From the NCBI GenBank assembly GCA_039638295.1, contig JBDIWJ010000002.1, positions 12,415 through 76,414 of the forward strand: a DNA stretch of 64,000 nt. Direction: 5' to 3'. The first letter of the stretch is position 1; the number at the start of each line of letters is the position of its first letter. Made by a program: the position numbers and the translations under genes. This stretch comes from Candidatus Phoenicimicrobium oleiphilum. GTDB lineage: Bacteria > Atribacterota > Phoenicimicrobiia > Phoenicimicrobiales > Phoenicimicrobiaceae. The notes under the pieces were generated by a model. The model saw only the letters and a list, made by a program, of their open reading frames with translations. It did not search any database and was not told the origin of the DNA. Below, in pieces: positions 47,741-58,075 of the stretch.

Positions 47741-50551
47741 TTACTTATTGAAGTGATTATGCATTACTCTGGCACACTTATGGCAAATAGTAGGATACTT
47801 TTGGTCTTTCCCTACTGTCTCACTATAGCACCAACATCTTTCACATTTATTACCTGGGGCTTTAGTCACTAATACTCTGATAACAGGCATTTCTTCTCCT
47901 TGATAGACATCGGATGCCAAATCTTTTTCTTCATAAAATAACTCTACTTTAGAGACAATAAAGATTGTTTCCAACTGTCCTTCAAAGGATTTCAAGTAGT
48001 CATATATTTCTCGATCTTCAGTATAGATATTTACTTTGGCTTCTAAAGAATTCCCTATATAACCTTGCTGTCTTTTTAGTTCTAATGCTTTTAATACATC
48101 TTTCCTGATCTTTAAAATATTATCCCATTTTTGCTCTAAATCTTTATCAATATATTTTTCGTTTATTTTAGGCCAGGAAGTAAGAAAAATACTTTCTTCA
48201 TCTTCTTTAATCTCTATTAAGTGTTGCCAGATCTCCTCTGCAGTAAAACTTAATATCGGAGCAATTAGTTTTACTAAATCATTTAATATCTGATACAAGA
48301 CCGTTTGGGCTGCTCGACGTTCTATAGAATTAGAAAAAGCAGTATATAATCTATCCTTAATTATATCTAAATAAAATGAACTAAGATTGATGGTACAAAA
48401 ATTATGAATTTCATGGTAAAGAGAGTGAAATTCAAATTTTTCATAATCTTCATTTACTCTTTTAATTAAACCTTGAAAATTACTCAAGACTAATCTATCT
48501 AATTCAGTTAATTTATCATAAGAAATTATATCGGTTTCAGGATTAAAGTCATATAGATTTCCCAAGATAAAGCGAGCAGTATTTCTAATTCTCCTATATA
48601 TTTCTACTAATTGATCTAATATTTTGTTAGAAATCCTGATGTCAGTCTGATAATCAGAGGAAGCAACCCATAATCTTAATATATCTGCTCCATATTTTTC
48701 AATAATCTCCTGGGGGGCAATAACATTTCCCAATGATTTGGACATTTTCTTGCCTTCGGCATCAACAATGAATCCATGAGTCAAAACAATTTTATAAGGA
48801 GCTTTTTCAAAAGCCGCCACTGAAGTTAAGAGAGAAGTTTGGAACCACCCTCTATGTTGATCTGTCCCTTCTAAATATAATTCTGCTGGCCAATGGAGTT
48901 CCTCTCTCTTCTTGAGTACTGCAGCATGACTACATCCCGAGTCAAACCAGACATCCATTATATCTTTTTCTTTCTCAAATTCCTGACTTTTACAGTGGGG
49001 ACATTGATAACCTTCGGGTAATATTTCTTTGGCAGACATAGCAAACCAGGAATTTGAACCCTTTTTTAAAAATAACTCTTTAACCTGATTAATAGTTTCG
49101 TTATTTACTATAATTTCTCTACATTTTTTACAGTAAAAAACAGGTAGAGGTACTCCCCATACCCTTTGGCGAGAAATACACCAATCGGTTCTATTTTCAA
49201 CCATACCATAAATTTTTTCTTCTCCCCACTTTGGAACCCATTGAACTTTTTTTATTTCTGATAAAGCTAAATCACGAAAAGCTTCTATTGATACAAACCA
49301 TTGTTCAGTAGCCCGAAACACTACCGGTTTTTTGCAACGCCAACAATGAGGGTAAGAATGAGTTATCTTTCCAACTTTTAATAAACTTCCGTTTTCTTTT
49401 AGTTCCTCTATTACAGCGGTATTCCCTTCCTGGTAAGTCAATCCCTCAAACTTTCCACCTTTCTGGTTAAATTTCCCCTGGCTATTAAGGGTGGTAAATA
49501 TCGGTATTTTATATTTAATTCCTATTTCATAATCTTCTTGTCCATGTCCAGGTGCAGTATGAACACAACCAGTCCCTTCTTCTAAAGTAGCATGTTCACC
49601 TAATATGATTACAGAATCTCTTTCAAAGATGGGGTGCTTACATTTTATACCTTCTAATAATTTACCTTTTTCTTTTCCAATAATCTGGTAATTCTTAACT
49701 CCAAATTCTTTCATCACTTTCTCTACTAAGGCAGAAGCTAATAAGAGATTTCCTTTTTCTGTCTTGACTAAACTGTATTCAATATCTGGATTAAGGGTAA
49801 TTGCCATATTCCCTGGAATAGTCCAGGGAGTAGTAGTCCAGATAACCACATAGTTTTCTCCCGAATTGCTCTCAGGAAATATTTTCTCCAGATTTTCCTT
49901 GACTAAGAATTTTACGTAAATAGAAAAAGATTCTTTATCGTGGTATTCAATTTCTGCAGCAGCTAAAGCGGTTTCGCAATCAGCACACCAATAAATGGGT
50001 TTTAACCCCTTATAGATATATCCTTTAGAATACATTTTTCCAAAAATATCTACCTGTTCTGCTTCATAAGCTGGATTAAAGGTTAAATAAGGATTGTCCC
50101 AATCACCCATTACTCCTAAACGTTTAAATTCTTCTCTCTGCACATTAATATAATGTTGGGCATATTCTTTACACTTTCTCCTTAATTCAACAGGGTCAAT
50201 CTCACTTAAGGATAATTTTTGATCTTTTATAACCTGGTATTCTATAGGTAATCCGTGGGTATCCCAACCAGGTACATAATGAGCATTATAATTATTCATT
50301 GATTTATATTTAGGAATTATGTCTTTCAATATTTTATTATAGGCAGTTCCTATATGGATATTACCATTAGCATAGGGAGGGCCATCATGTAAAATATATT
50401 TCTTTAGACCTTTCTTTTTTTTCAATATTTTTTTATATATTTCTTGTTCTTCCCAAAATTTTAGCATTTTGGGTTCTTCTTGAGCTAAATTAGCCTTCAT
50501 TTTAAATTTTGTTTTGGGTAAATTTAAAGTATCTTTATATTCTATTTCCAT
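47741..50551 (-). CDS. ileS: isoleucine--tRNA ligase
   Basis: HIGH (PYANGNIHIGTAYNK) and KMSKS motifs plus C-terminal zinc knuckles. ATG at 50551 with GGAGGG RBS. Confidence 0.95.
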   Translation of the reverse strand: MEIEYKDTLNLPKTKFKMKANLAQEEPKMLKFWEEQEIYKKILKKKKGLKKYILHDGPPYANGNIHIGTAYNKILKDIIPKYKSMNNYNAHYVPGWDTHGLPIEYQVIKDQKLSLSEIDPVELRRKCKEYAQHYINVQREEFKRLGVMGDWDNPYLTFNPAYEAEQVDIFGKMYSKGYIYKGLKPIYWCADCETALAAAEIEYHDKESFSIYVKFLVKENLEKIFPESNSGENYVVIWTTTPWTIPGNMAITLNPDIEYSLVKTEKGNLLLASALVEKVMKEFGVKNYQIIGKEKGKLLEGIKCKHPIFERDSVIILGEHATLEEGTGCVHTAPGHGQEDYEIGIKYKIPIFTTLNSQGKFNQKGGKFEGLTYQEGNTAVIEELKENGSLLKVGKITHSYPHCWRCKKPVVFRATEQWFVSIEAFRDLALSEIKKVQWVPKWGEEKIYGMVENRTDWCISRQRVWGVPLPVFYCKKCREIIVNNETINQVKELFLKKGSNSWFAMSAKEILPEGYQCPHCKSQEFEKEKDIMDVWFDSGCSHAAVLKKREELHWPAELYLEGTDQHRGWFQTSLLTSVAAFEKAPYKIVLTHGFIVDAEGKKMSKSLGNVIAPQEIIEKYGADILRLWVASSDYQTDIRISNKILDQLVEIYRRIRNTARFILGNLYDFNPETDIISYDKLTELDRLVLSNFQGLIKRVNEDYEKFEFHSLYHEIHNFCTINLSSFYLDIIKDRLYTAFSNSIERRAAQTVLYQILNDLVKLIAPILSFTAEEIWQHLIEIKEDEESIFLTSWPKINEKYIDKDLEQKWDNILKIRKDVLKALELKRQQGYIGNSLEAKVNIYTEDREIYDYLKSFEGQLETIFIVSKVELFYEEKDLASDVYQGEEMPVIRVLVTKAPGNKCERCWCYSETVGKDQKYPTICHKCARVMHNHFNK

Positions 50552-50574
50552 ATAAATCCCTCCTATAGACAGCA

Positions 50575-50700
50575 TTTAATTATACTACGGTTATTTCCCA
50601 AAAAGCTGTGATGGGCACGATGTATCGTGCCCCCGTTTTCACGGGGGCAGGCTCCTACATTACTATTTTGTGTACTTTCTGGGTTACAATCATAATATAT
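50575..50700. repeat. repeat element inserted between the T-box terminator and the ileS start
   Basis: GGTTATTTCCCAAAAAGCTGTGATGGGCACGATGTATCGTGCCCCCGTTTTCACGGGGGCAGG...GGGTTACAATCAT. Confidence 0.75.
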
Positions 50701-51000
50701 AATAAAACCCCTTGTCGCTCAAAAGGACAAGAGGTTTAAATTTCTTGTGGTACCACCTAATATTTTTCATTATCTCACGATAATGATCTCGAGGAGTAAA
50801 TATATTTAAATTTTTTAAATAAATTTTACTCCAAATTTTAACGATATTCACCGTTCTAATTTACTCTTTGATTAATTTCAATTAGAAATATGGAGAGGAT
50901 TTTCGATAGAAAAAAATTACAGGCTTGCACTATCCCTGCTCGCTATTAAATTATATCTACCTACTCTTTCTCTTAGAGAATAAACCAATATTTTTTATTT
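50700..51000 (-). promoter_or_regulatory. T-box leader (tRNA-Ile responsive) for ileS
   Basis: Minus strand has AUAUUAGGUGGUACCACAAG (T-box consensus AGGGUGGUACCGCG-like). It is followed by the terminator CCUCUUGUCC-UUUUGAGCG-ACAAGGGG plus a U-run. Confidence 0.6.
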
Positions 51001-51257
51001 TAAATCTACGTAATAATATCATATTAATTTAGCTTATGTCAATTATTCTCGCATTTCGTATATTGTACTTCATTCTGTCTCGTATTGCCTATTGTGTTCG
51101 GAATCTTTTTAAGAAAATAAAAAGTAGAGGTTAAATTCTTATTATTTAATTTGTGAATTGTATTTCACAAAGAAAAATTTGATGTAAGGGATTGGGTAAC
51201 AGGGCAACTGGTAAACAGAGCCCTATATATGATAATAATATCCTGACTCCTGAATTC

Positions 51258-51566
51258 TTAAACAATTTTTTCTATTTTATCTAAAAATTCTTTTGGGTTA
51301 ATATTGTTAATCCTAATAAGTTTGTTTTTGCTGTTTATTCCTGATATTATTTCAATCTTTGATTTTGCGATATCAAAGTATTTTGCTAAAAAAGATATAC
51401 ATTTTTTATTCGCTTTTCCTTCAACAGGTGGAGCGGCAATGGCAATCTTTAAAGCACTATTATGTATCCCTATAATTTTATCTTTAGATGAATTGGGAAT
51501 AATTTTCAATTTTATTATAATATTATTCCCAACTATTTTAAAAAAATCATTTGTGTTATCATTCAT
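51258..51566 (-). CDS. DUF167 (YggU) family protein
   Basis: AAPPVEGKANK motif. Confidence 0.8.
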   Translation of the reverse strand: MNDNTNDFFKIVGNNIIIKLKIIPNSSKDKIIGIHNSALKIAIAAPPVEGKANKKCISFLAKYFDIAKSKIEIISGINSKNKLIRINNINPKEFLDKIEKIV

Positions 51567-52128
51567 TTTCTGGTTCTTCTACATCAAGATCTTTTTCTGC
51601 TTTCACTTCATCTTCTACTTTCACTTCATCTATTTTTATATCATTAGTACTTTTCTTAGTAAACTCATAATCTCCCTGCGCTTCAAATTCTTCGGTTTCT
51701 ATCATATTTAGATACAGGTTCAACATTGACTTAATTCTTTCTTTAAAAATGAATTTATATCTTCTTAGATTATCAATTTCATTTTTTATTTCATCTCCTC
51801 TTTGGGTGGCCTGTTGTTTTATTGCTTCGGCTTCCATCTTTGCTTTTTCTATAATCATTTTAGCTTCATTTTCCACTTTTTCTTTCATTTCTTCGGCTGA
51901 TTTCTGGGCATTTAATAGGGCACTTCTTAAGGTTTCTTCAATATCTCTATACTCTTTCAGCCGTTCTTTCATTCTTTCAATTTCTTCATTAAGCCTGGCA
52001 TTTTCACTTATTAATTCCTCATAGTCTTTTACAATCTTATCTAAGAAATCATCTACTTCTTCCTCGTTGTATCCTCGAAAAGATCTACTAAACTCCTGCT
52101 GCTCAATATCTATTGGTGTAATCCTCAT
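51559..52128 (-). CDS. divIVA: DivIVA domain protein
   Basis: MRITPIDIEQQEFSRSFRGYNEEEVDDFLDKI N-terminus and coiled coil. Confidence 0.85.
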   Translation of the reverse strand: MRITPIDIEQQEFSRSFRGYNEEEVDDFLDKIVKDYEELISENARLNEEIERMKERLKEYRDIEETLRSALLNAQKSAEEMKEKVENEAKMIIEKAKMEAEAIKQQATQRGDEIKNEIDNLRRYKFIFKERIKSMLNLYLNMIETEEFEAQGDYEFTKKSTNDIKIDEVKVEDEVKAEKDLDVEEPENE

Positions 52129-52209
52129 TCAATTATCCCCCCTCATTTAATAATTCAACTCAACCCTAGCCCGTTTCCATAAACACAGGTATATTTTAAA
52201 GTATTTATG

Positions 52210-52479
52210 TTAAAGTACTAATCTAACAAGTATATTAATTACTGATCTATGAAGTAAATTCAGTAAAAAAAAGACAATTATCGGTGATAGGTCTAGCCCC
52301 ACGCTTCCCAAAGGTAAAATTATTCTAAAAGGTGCTAAAATAGGTTCTGTAATTCTATATATAAATTGTACTATTGGATTATAGCGATCCACTGGTATCC
52401 AGGATAAAAATATTCTTGCCAAAATTAAATAACCATATACTCTGAAAAGTGTATCGATTATCCGAATTAGTAAAAACAT
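52210..52479 (-). CDS. yggT: YggT/YlmG family membrane protein
   Basis: YGYLILARIFLSWIP motif. Confidence 0.8.
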   Translation of the reverse strand: MFLLIRIIDTLFRVYGYLILARIFLSWIPVDRYNPIVQFIYRITEPILAPFRIILPLGSVGLDLSPIIVFFLLNLLHRSVINILVRLVL

Positions 52480-52794
52480 AAAAAATATTCCTTCCGTTTA
52501 TTATTATTAAATTGATTAGCTGGTTTTCAAGTTAGCTAGTTAGCCAGTTTAATACTAATAAGTCATTAACCATTAATATGGTTGACAGATGAGCAAACTC
52601 CCCCTGAACCCCTTCTACTAACTTTTTTATTCCCTTTCGGTTTTATATAAATCTTTTCCTGACAATCTTGTTAAAATCCATTATTTTTATTTTAAACTTG
52701 TGCCCGTGAAACATGTACTCGTGAAAACGAGTAACGGGTATAAGAATTTATTTTGAAGCATCGGATTTTCTTTGAAATTCCAATTCACCACTAT

Positions 52795-52900
52795 ATCAAT
52801 TGTAGGGGCACGATGTATCGTGCCCATAGAAAATAATAGATAACAATTTACCGAGGGCACAATTCATTGTGCCCCTACATTCTGATTATAATCAAAAACT
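52795..52900. repeat. palindromic repeat element (GTAGGGGCACGATGTATCGTGCCC ... GGGCACAATTCATTGTGCCCCTACA)
   Basis: Direct inspection. Confidence 0.8.
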
Positions 52901-52961
52901 ATAAATCAATTAACAGCTGGATGATTAGTCAATGAATCAAATTAAAATTATAAATATTTTA

Positions 52962-53639
52962 CTAATGAAAACCAAATATTCCTCTGCCGATTCTAACCAT
53001 ATTAGAACCTTCCTCAATGGCGACTTCAAAATCATCTGTCATTCCCATCGAAAGGTATTCCATCTTTATATTTTTTATATTCATATTATTTATCTGTTTA
53101 CTTAATTCCCTAAGCTTCCTGAAATAAGGACGGACTTCTTCCTGGTTTTGGGCAATAGGTGCAATGGTCATTAACCCTTTTACTCTTATTCCAGAAAATC
53201 CAGATATTTCTCTTAAGAAAAGTTCCACCTCTTCAGGTTTAATTCCATATTTGGTTTCTTCACCAGATACATTTACTTCAACTAATATATCCGTAATTTT
53301 ATTAAATTGTAGGGACCGCCTATCTATTTCCTTAGCTAATTTTACACTATCTACAGAATGAATTAAATCAAACAATCCTACAGCGTATTTTGCCTTATTA
53401 GTTTGCAGGTGACCTACTAAGTGCCATTCTATATCATTAGTTAAAAGTTGATATTTTTTCTTCGCTTCCTGCACTTTATTTTCACCAATAATCTTTACTC
53501 CCGCATCTATTGCTTCTTTTATCTGGTCTATAGTGGCGGTTTTGGTAACTGCTACTAATTTTATTTCATCAGGATTTCTGTTTACTTTTAAAGCTGTTTC
53601 CTTTATCCTTTTGTTTATTATCTCAAGATTATCTTTAAC
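52962..53639 (-). CDS. yggS: YggS/YlmE family PLP-binding protein (apparently without a canonical start codon)
   Basis: The conserved N-terminal region (...VVKDNLEIINKRIKETALKVNRNPDEIKLVAVTKTATIDQIKEAIDAGVKIIGENKVQE, including the PLP lysine in AVTK) is in frame upstream of the listed GTG-started 170-aa ORF. There is no ATG/GTG/TTG before the upstream stop. ATT/ATA codons follow an AAGGA RBS-like sequence. Confidence 0.7.
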   Translation of the reverse strand, partial: VKDNLEIINKRIKETALKVNRNPDEIKLVAVTKTATIDQIKEAIDAGVKIIGENKVQEAKKKYQLLTNDIEWHLVGHLQTNKAKYAVGLFDLIHSVDSVKLAKEIDRRSLQFNKITDILVEVNVSGEETKYGIKPEEVELFLREISGFSGIRVKGLMTIAPIAQNQEEVRPYFRKLRELSKQINNMNIKNIKMEYLSMGMTDDFEVAIEEGSNMVRIGRGIFGFH

Positions 53640-53650
53640 TACCCCATAAA

Positions 53651-54352
53651 TTATAATTCCTTATTGCTATTTTTGAAGCATTTGTCTATTCTCTCTCCAT
53701 TAACGATGTATACTACTCGCTCAGCTAAATTTGTGGCATGATCAGCAATCCGTTCAATATTATCTGAAACAAAAATCAAATGAATTGCCCGGCTAATAGT
53801 ATGAGGGTCCTCCATCATAAAGGTTAATAGTTCTCGAAATATCTGTTCATTCAGGTTGTCAACTGTTTTATCTCTTAACCATACTTCCTTTGCCAGTGCC
53901 ACATCTCCATTAAAATACGCAGTTAAACCATCCCTTAACATATTTTGAGCAATTTCAGCCATTCGGGGAATATCTACTAAAGGTTTTACCATAGGTTTGG
54001 TAGACAAATATTGGCTCGCCTTAGCTATATTTACTGCGTGATCTGCAACTCTCTCTAAATCGGAAATAGTCTTAAATCCACATCCGATAATTCGCAAGGT
54101 CTTAGCAATGGGATGGCGTAGGGCAATCATCTGTAAACATTGTTCCTCGATATCAACCTCCATCTTATCAATTATATCATCATTTTGGATTACTTTTGCG
54201 GCTAAATCTAAATTTTGTTCAACTAAAGACCTTATTGACTTTTCAATTGCTTCTTCAACCAGATTTGACATCTTTATTAAATTTTCCTTTAAATCCACAA
54301 GCTCGTCATCAAAATATAATTTTTTATCTTTCGTACTCGTTTTTTTTATCAT
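53651..54352 (-). CDS. phoU: phosphate signalling complex protein PhoU
   Basis: Two PhoU repeats (ERVADHAVNIAK, ERIADHATNLAER). Confidence 0.8.
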   Translation of the reverse strand: MIKKTSTKDKKLYFDDELVDLKENLIKMSNLVEEAIEKSIRSLVEQNLDLAAKVIQNDDIIDKMEVDIEEQCLQMIALRHPIAKTLRIIGCGFKTISDLERVADHAVNIAKASQYLSTKPMVKPLVDIPRMAEIAQNMLRDGLTAYFNGDVALAKEVWLRDKTVDNLNEQIFRELLTFMMEDPHTISRAIHLIFVSDNIERIADHATNLAERVVYIVNGERIDKCFKNSNKEL

Positions 54353-54562
54353 AATTTGTCTATCCTTTGCATTATATTCGAAACTATCTCACCCTAATCC
54401 TCATACGAAATACTATATACTATTTTATGCTTAATATACCAAAAATATTAAAATTTTTCAATTATTTTAAAGAAAGTATCGAGTATATAATAAGTGCGGA
54501 GTTAAGAAAGAGAAAAAGATACAGACTTGTCCTTGCGAAAATGGGGTTATTAATTTTGTTCC

Positions 54563-55300
54563 TCATTTAATCTTTTTCAGGGCAGCGCCTCCCAAATAGG
54601 CCTCTTGAACTTTCTTGTTATTCTTTAATTCTGGGGATAGTCCGCTTATTGAAATATTTCCAGTTTCCAAAATATATCCTCTATGAGCTATACCAAGTGC
54701 TTTGCGGGCATTTTGTTCTACTAATAATATCGCAATACCCTGACTGTTGATTTCATAGATTATTTTAAAAATTTGTTTTACTAATAAGGGTGCTAATCCA
54801 AGAGAAGGCTCATCTAAAAGTAGCATCCGGGGATTACTCATTAAACCTCTTCCGATGGCTAACATTTGTTGTTCTCCACCAGAAAGTGTCCCTGATAATT
54901 GATTCTTTCTTTTTTCCAGAATTGGGAATAGATTATATACCCTTTCTTTCCTCTCACTAACTAATTTTGCATTTTTTCTATCGGTAAAAGCTCCTAAATT
55001 GAGATTTTCCTCTACAGTAAGAGTAGCAAATACTTTTCGACCTTCAGGGACATGGGAAATACCTCTCATAACTATTTCAAAGGCCGGAACATTATTAAGT
55101 TCTTTTTCTTCAAATTCTATTTTTCCCTTTTTAATAGGTAATAAACCAGAAATCGCCCTCAAAAGAGTACTTTTTCCTGCTCCATTTGCCCCCAAAACGG
55201 TCACTATTTCACCTTCGTTAACTTCCAGAGAAATACCTTTAAGTGCTTCGATAGAACCATAAAATATATGTAAATTATTAATTTTTAGTAGTGCACTCAT
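54563..55300 (-). CDS. livF: branched-chain amino acid ABC transporter ATP-binding protein
   Basis: Walker A GANGAGKST, LSGGEQQ signature and Walker B LLLDEPS. Confidence 0.85.
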   Translation of the reverse strand: MSALLKINNLHIFYGSIEALKGISLEVNEGEIVTVLGANGAGKSTLLRAISGLLPIKKGKIEFEEKELNNVPAFEIVMRGISHVPEGRKVFATLTVEENLNLGAFTDRKNAKLVSERKERVYNLFPILEKRKNQLSGTLSGGEQQMLAIGRGLMSNPRMLLLDEPSLGLAPLLVKQIFKIIYEINSQGIAILLVEQNARKALGIAHRGYILETGNISISGLSPELKNNKKVQEAYLGGAALKKIK

Positions 55301-55305
55301 ATCCT

Positions 55306-56157
55306 TTAGCTCTCCTCCTCTTCCTCTTTTCCAAGATATGCCTCAATTACAATTGGATTATGGTAAACTTCTTCTGGTTTACCTTCAGCAATTTTCTTTC
55401 CTTCGTCCATTACTGTTACCCAGTCAGAAATTCCCATAACCACATTCATATCATGCTCAATAAGCAAAATAGTTAGATTTTCTTTTAATAAATCTTTAAG
55501 AAATTTCACCAAATCTTCTGACTCTTTATCATTTAGGCCACTACTGGGTTCATCTAAAATCAATAAATCAGGATTAGAAGCTAAAGCGCGGGCAATTTCC
55601 AACAGCCTCTGATTACCATAAGCAATATTTTTAGCTAATTCATCTCGATATTTCCATAACCCTACCTGTTGAAGACGTCTTTTGGCAATTTCTCGAATTT
55701 CTGACTCTTCCTTCCTCTGAGAAGAAGTTCTAAAAATAGAAGACCTTACACCTTCTCTACTTCGACAGTGCTGACCAGCCATTACGTTTTCTAAACAAGT
55801 CATATTGTTAAATAATCTAATATTTTGAAAAGTACGGGCAATACCTTTTTCAATAATCTGGTGGGGTTTTTTCCCGGCAAGATCTTCCCCTTTAAAGATA
55901 ACTTTTCCCCCATCAGCCTGGTATATGCCGGTAACTACATTAAAAACAGTAGTTTTTCCCGCTCCATTAGGACCTATCAGACTACTAATTTCTCCCTTAT
56001 ATACTTTTAAATCAAAATTATTTACGGCGATTAAGCCACCAAATTTTTTGGTTAATTTTATGGTCTGCAAAACAACTTGATTAAGTTTATTGATTTCTTT
56101 AATTTCATTTTCAGTTTTGTTTATTATTTCAATATGACCATTGCTATCCTTAGACAT
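55306..56157 (-). CDS. livG: branched-chain amino acid ABC transporter ATP-binding protein
   Basis: GPNGAGKTT and LSYGNQRLLEIARAL motifs with LivG-type C-terminal extension. Start MSKDSNGH. Confidence 0.85.
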   Translation of the reverse strand: MSKDSNGHIEIINKTENEIKEINKLNQVVLQTIKLTKKFGGLIAVNNFDLKVYKGEISSLIGPNGAGKTTVFNVVTGIYQADGGKVIFKGEDLAGKKPHQIIEKGIARTFQNIRLFNNMTCLENVMAGQHCRSREGVRSSIFRTSSQRKEESEIREIAKRRLQQVGLWKYRDELAKNIAYGNQRLLEIARALASNPDLLILDEPSSGLNDKESEDLVKFLKDLLKENLTILLIEHDMNVVMGISDWVTVMDEGKKIAEGKPEEVYHNPIVIEAYLGKEEEEES

Positions 56158-57133
56158 TATCTTCTCCTGCCTTTGGTAAAAGTGATTTAAATTCAATTGC
56201 CCCCCTCTTCCTGGGCCAGATGCCACCAGGTCTAAAGATCATCATAACCACCATTGCTACTCCAAATATCAGCATTCGGTACTGGGCAAATGTACGAAAT
56301 ACTTCGGGGAAAAGACTGATAGCTGCAGAACCTATTAATACTCCAGGAATAGACCCCATTCCCCCGATAAGAACAATACAGAAAAGCATACAAGATTCCA
56401 TAAAAGTAAAACTCTCTGGAGATACAATCATTAATTTGCTGGCATATATATTGCCAGCTACTCCGGCTAAACCTGCACCTAGAACAAAAGCCAATAATTT
56501 ATAGTATCTGACATCAATCCCGGTCGATTCAGCAGCGATTTCATCTTCTCTAATACAATTCCAGGCTCGTCCAATCCGGGAACGCTGCAAATTAATAAGA
56601 CCGAGGATGCTCAATCCTACTATTATCCAAATTACAAAGTAAGATTCAATGGAAGTATCAATTACTAAAGGACCTCCAAAAGAAAGAAAATCTATTCCAA
56701 AAACTCCATTTGGTCCTCCAGTAATGCCAAAGGGATTATTGATAAGGGTCAATCTAACAATTTCTCCCATACCAATAGTAACAATACAGAGATAATCTCC
56801 TCGTAAATGAATGATAGGGGAACAGACTAACCAGGCAAAACCAGCTGCTGCCAGAGCACTAACTGGCATTAAAAAAATTATGGGAATACCAAAATGAGTA
56901 TTAAGAATTGCGGTAGTATAGGCACCAATAGCCATAAAACCCATATGCCCCAAATCGAATAACCCTACTTCACCTAAAACAATATTCAAACTTAAGCCTA
57001 AAAGAGCATAAATTCCAAAGAAAAAGAAGACATCAATCCAATAATTGTTCATCATAAAAGGGGACACTGCTAATAATGCTATCACTAAAAAAATAGGCCA
57101 GTTCTTTAAAATAGTATTTTCATTTAATTTCAT
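56150..57133 (-). CDS. livM: branched-chain amino acid ABC transporter permease
   Basis: Polytopic membrane protein of the LivM family. Confidence 0.8.
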   Translation of the reverse strand: MKLNENTILKNWPIFLVIALLAVSPFMMNNYWIDVFFFFGIYALLGLSLNIVLGEVGLFDLGHMGFMAIGAYTTAILNTHFGIPIIFLMPVSALAAAGFAWLVCSPIIHLRGDYLCIVTIGMGEIVRLTLINNPFGITGGPNGVFGIDFLSFGGPLVIDTSIESYFVIWIIVGLSILGLINLQRSRIGRAWNCIREDEIAAESTGIDVRYYKLLAFVLGAGLAGVAGNIYASKLMIVSPESFTFMESCMLFCIVLIGGMGSIPGVLIGSAAISLFPEVFRTFAQYRMLIFGVAMVVMMIFRPGGIWPRKRGAIEFKSLLPKAGEDNV

Positions 57134-57145
57134 TTGTTTACCCCT

Positions 57146-58057
57146 TTACACCTTTTCTGCAATTTTTTCACCCAAAAGACCTCTGGGACGAAAGATTAAG
57201 ACTAATATCAGGATTAAAAATACAAAAACATCTTTATAGGCTGTGGAAATATAGGCAGAGCCTAACATTTCAAAGATTCCTAAAAGAAGTCCTCCTACCA
57301 TTGCTCCTGGGATATTACCAATACCCCCTAAAATTGTGGCAGTAAAGGCTTTTAATCCATAGTTCCAGCCCATAGTAAAACTGATTTGACGATAATACAT
57401 TCCTACCATAACTCCTGCTGTTCCGCCTAAAGCAGGACCTAAAGCGAAAATAAAAAATATTACAGTATTTATATTTATCCCCATTAAGGCAGCAGTATCT
57501 CTATCTAGAGCTGACGCTCTGATAGCTGCCCCAAAAGTTGTCTTTTGAATTATGTAATATAAGAAAGCTAATAATATGAAAGACAGAATTAAAATAATTA
57601 TTTGAAGAAGAGTAATATGAATTCCACCTATTTCAAAACGTACTGTAGGTACAACATTTACAGGATAAGCCTGGTAACGTGGACCCCAGATTACCATAAT
57701 CATATTTTCCAAAAAAATTGATACACCTAAAGCAGAAACGACTGCAGGAAGCCGCCCTGCTGGATAAATCGGGCGATAGGCTATTCGCTCAACTAATATT
57801 CCAGCCATACCTATGCCGATTGCGGCTATTAACATAGCCGCAATCATTCCACCTGCTAAACCAAAGTTGGTGGTTACATAGGCATTTCCCCATACGAGGA
57901 GGGTAAATCCCAGGTAAGAACCCAGAGCAAATAAATCTCCATGAGCAAAATTAATTAGTTTCATTACTCCATATACCATAGAATACCCTAAGGCGATTAG
58001 AGCATAAAAAGACCCGATTGTTAGTCCATTTATCATCTGCTCTAAAAAAATTCTCAT
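57146..58057 (-). CDS. livH: branched-chain amino acid ABC transporter permease
   Basis: Polytopic membrane protein of the LivH family. Confidence 0.85.
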   Translation of the reverse strand: MRIFLEQMINGLTIGSFYALIALGYSMVYGVMKLINFAHGDLFALGSYLGFTLLVWGNAYVTTNFGLAGGMIAAMLIAAIGIGMAGILVERIAYRPIYPAGRLPAVVSALGVSIFLENMIMVIWGPRYQAYPVNVVPTVRFEIGGIHITLLQIIILILSFILLAFLYYIIQKTTFGAAIRASALDRDTAALMGININTVIFFIFALGPALGGTAGVMVGMYYRQISFTMGWNYGLKAFTATILGGIGNIPGAMVGGLLLGIFEMLGSAYISTAYKDVFVFLILILVLIFRPRGLLGEKIAEKV

Positions 58058-58075
58058 CTTTTACTCCTTACCCTT

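Noticed and set aside
52480-52960. Missing sepF between yggS and yggT
   Set aside because: No ORF of 60 aa or more and no SepF-like frame seen by eye. It may simply be located elsewhere, so this is not reported as a feature.
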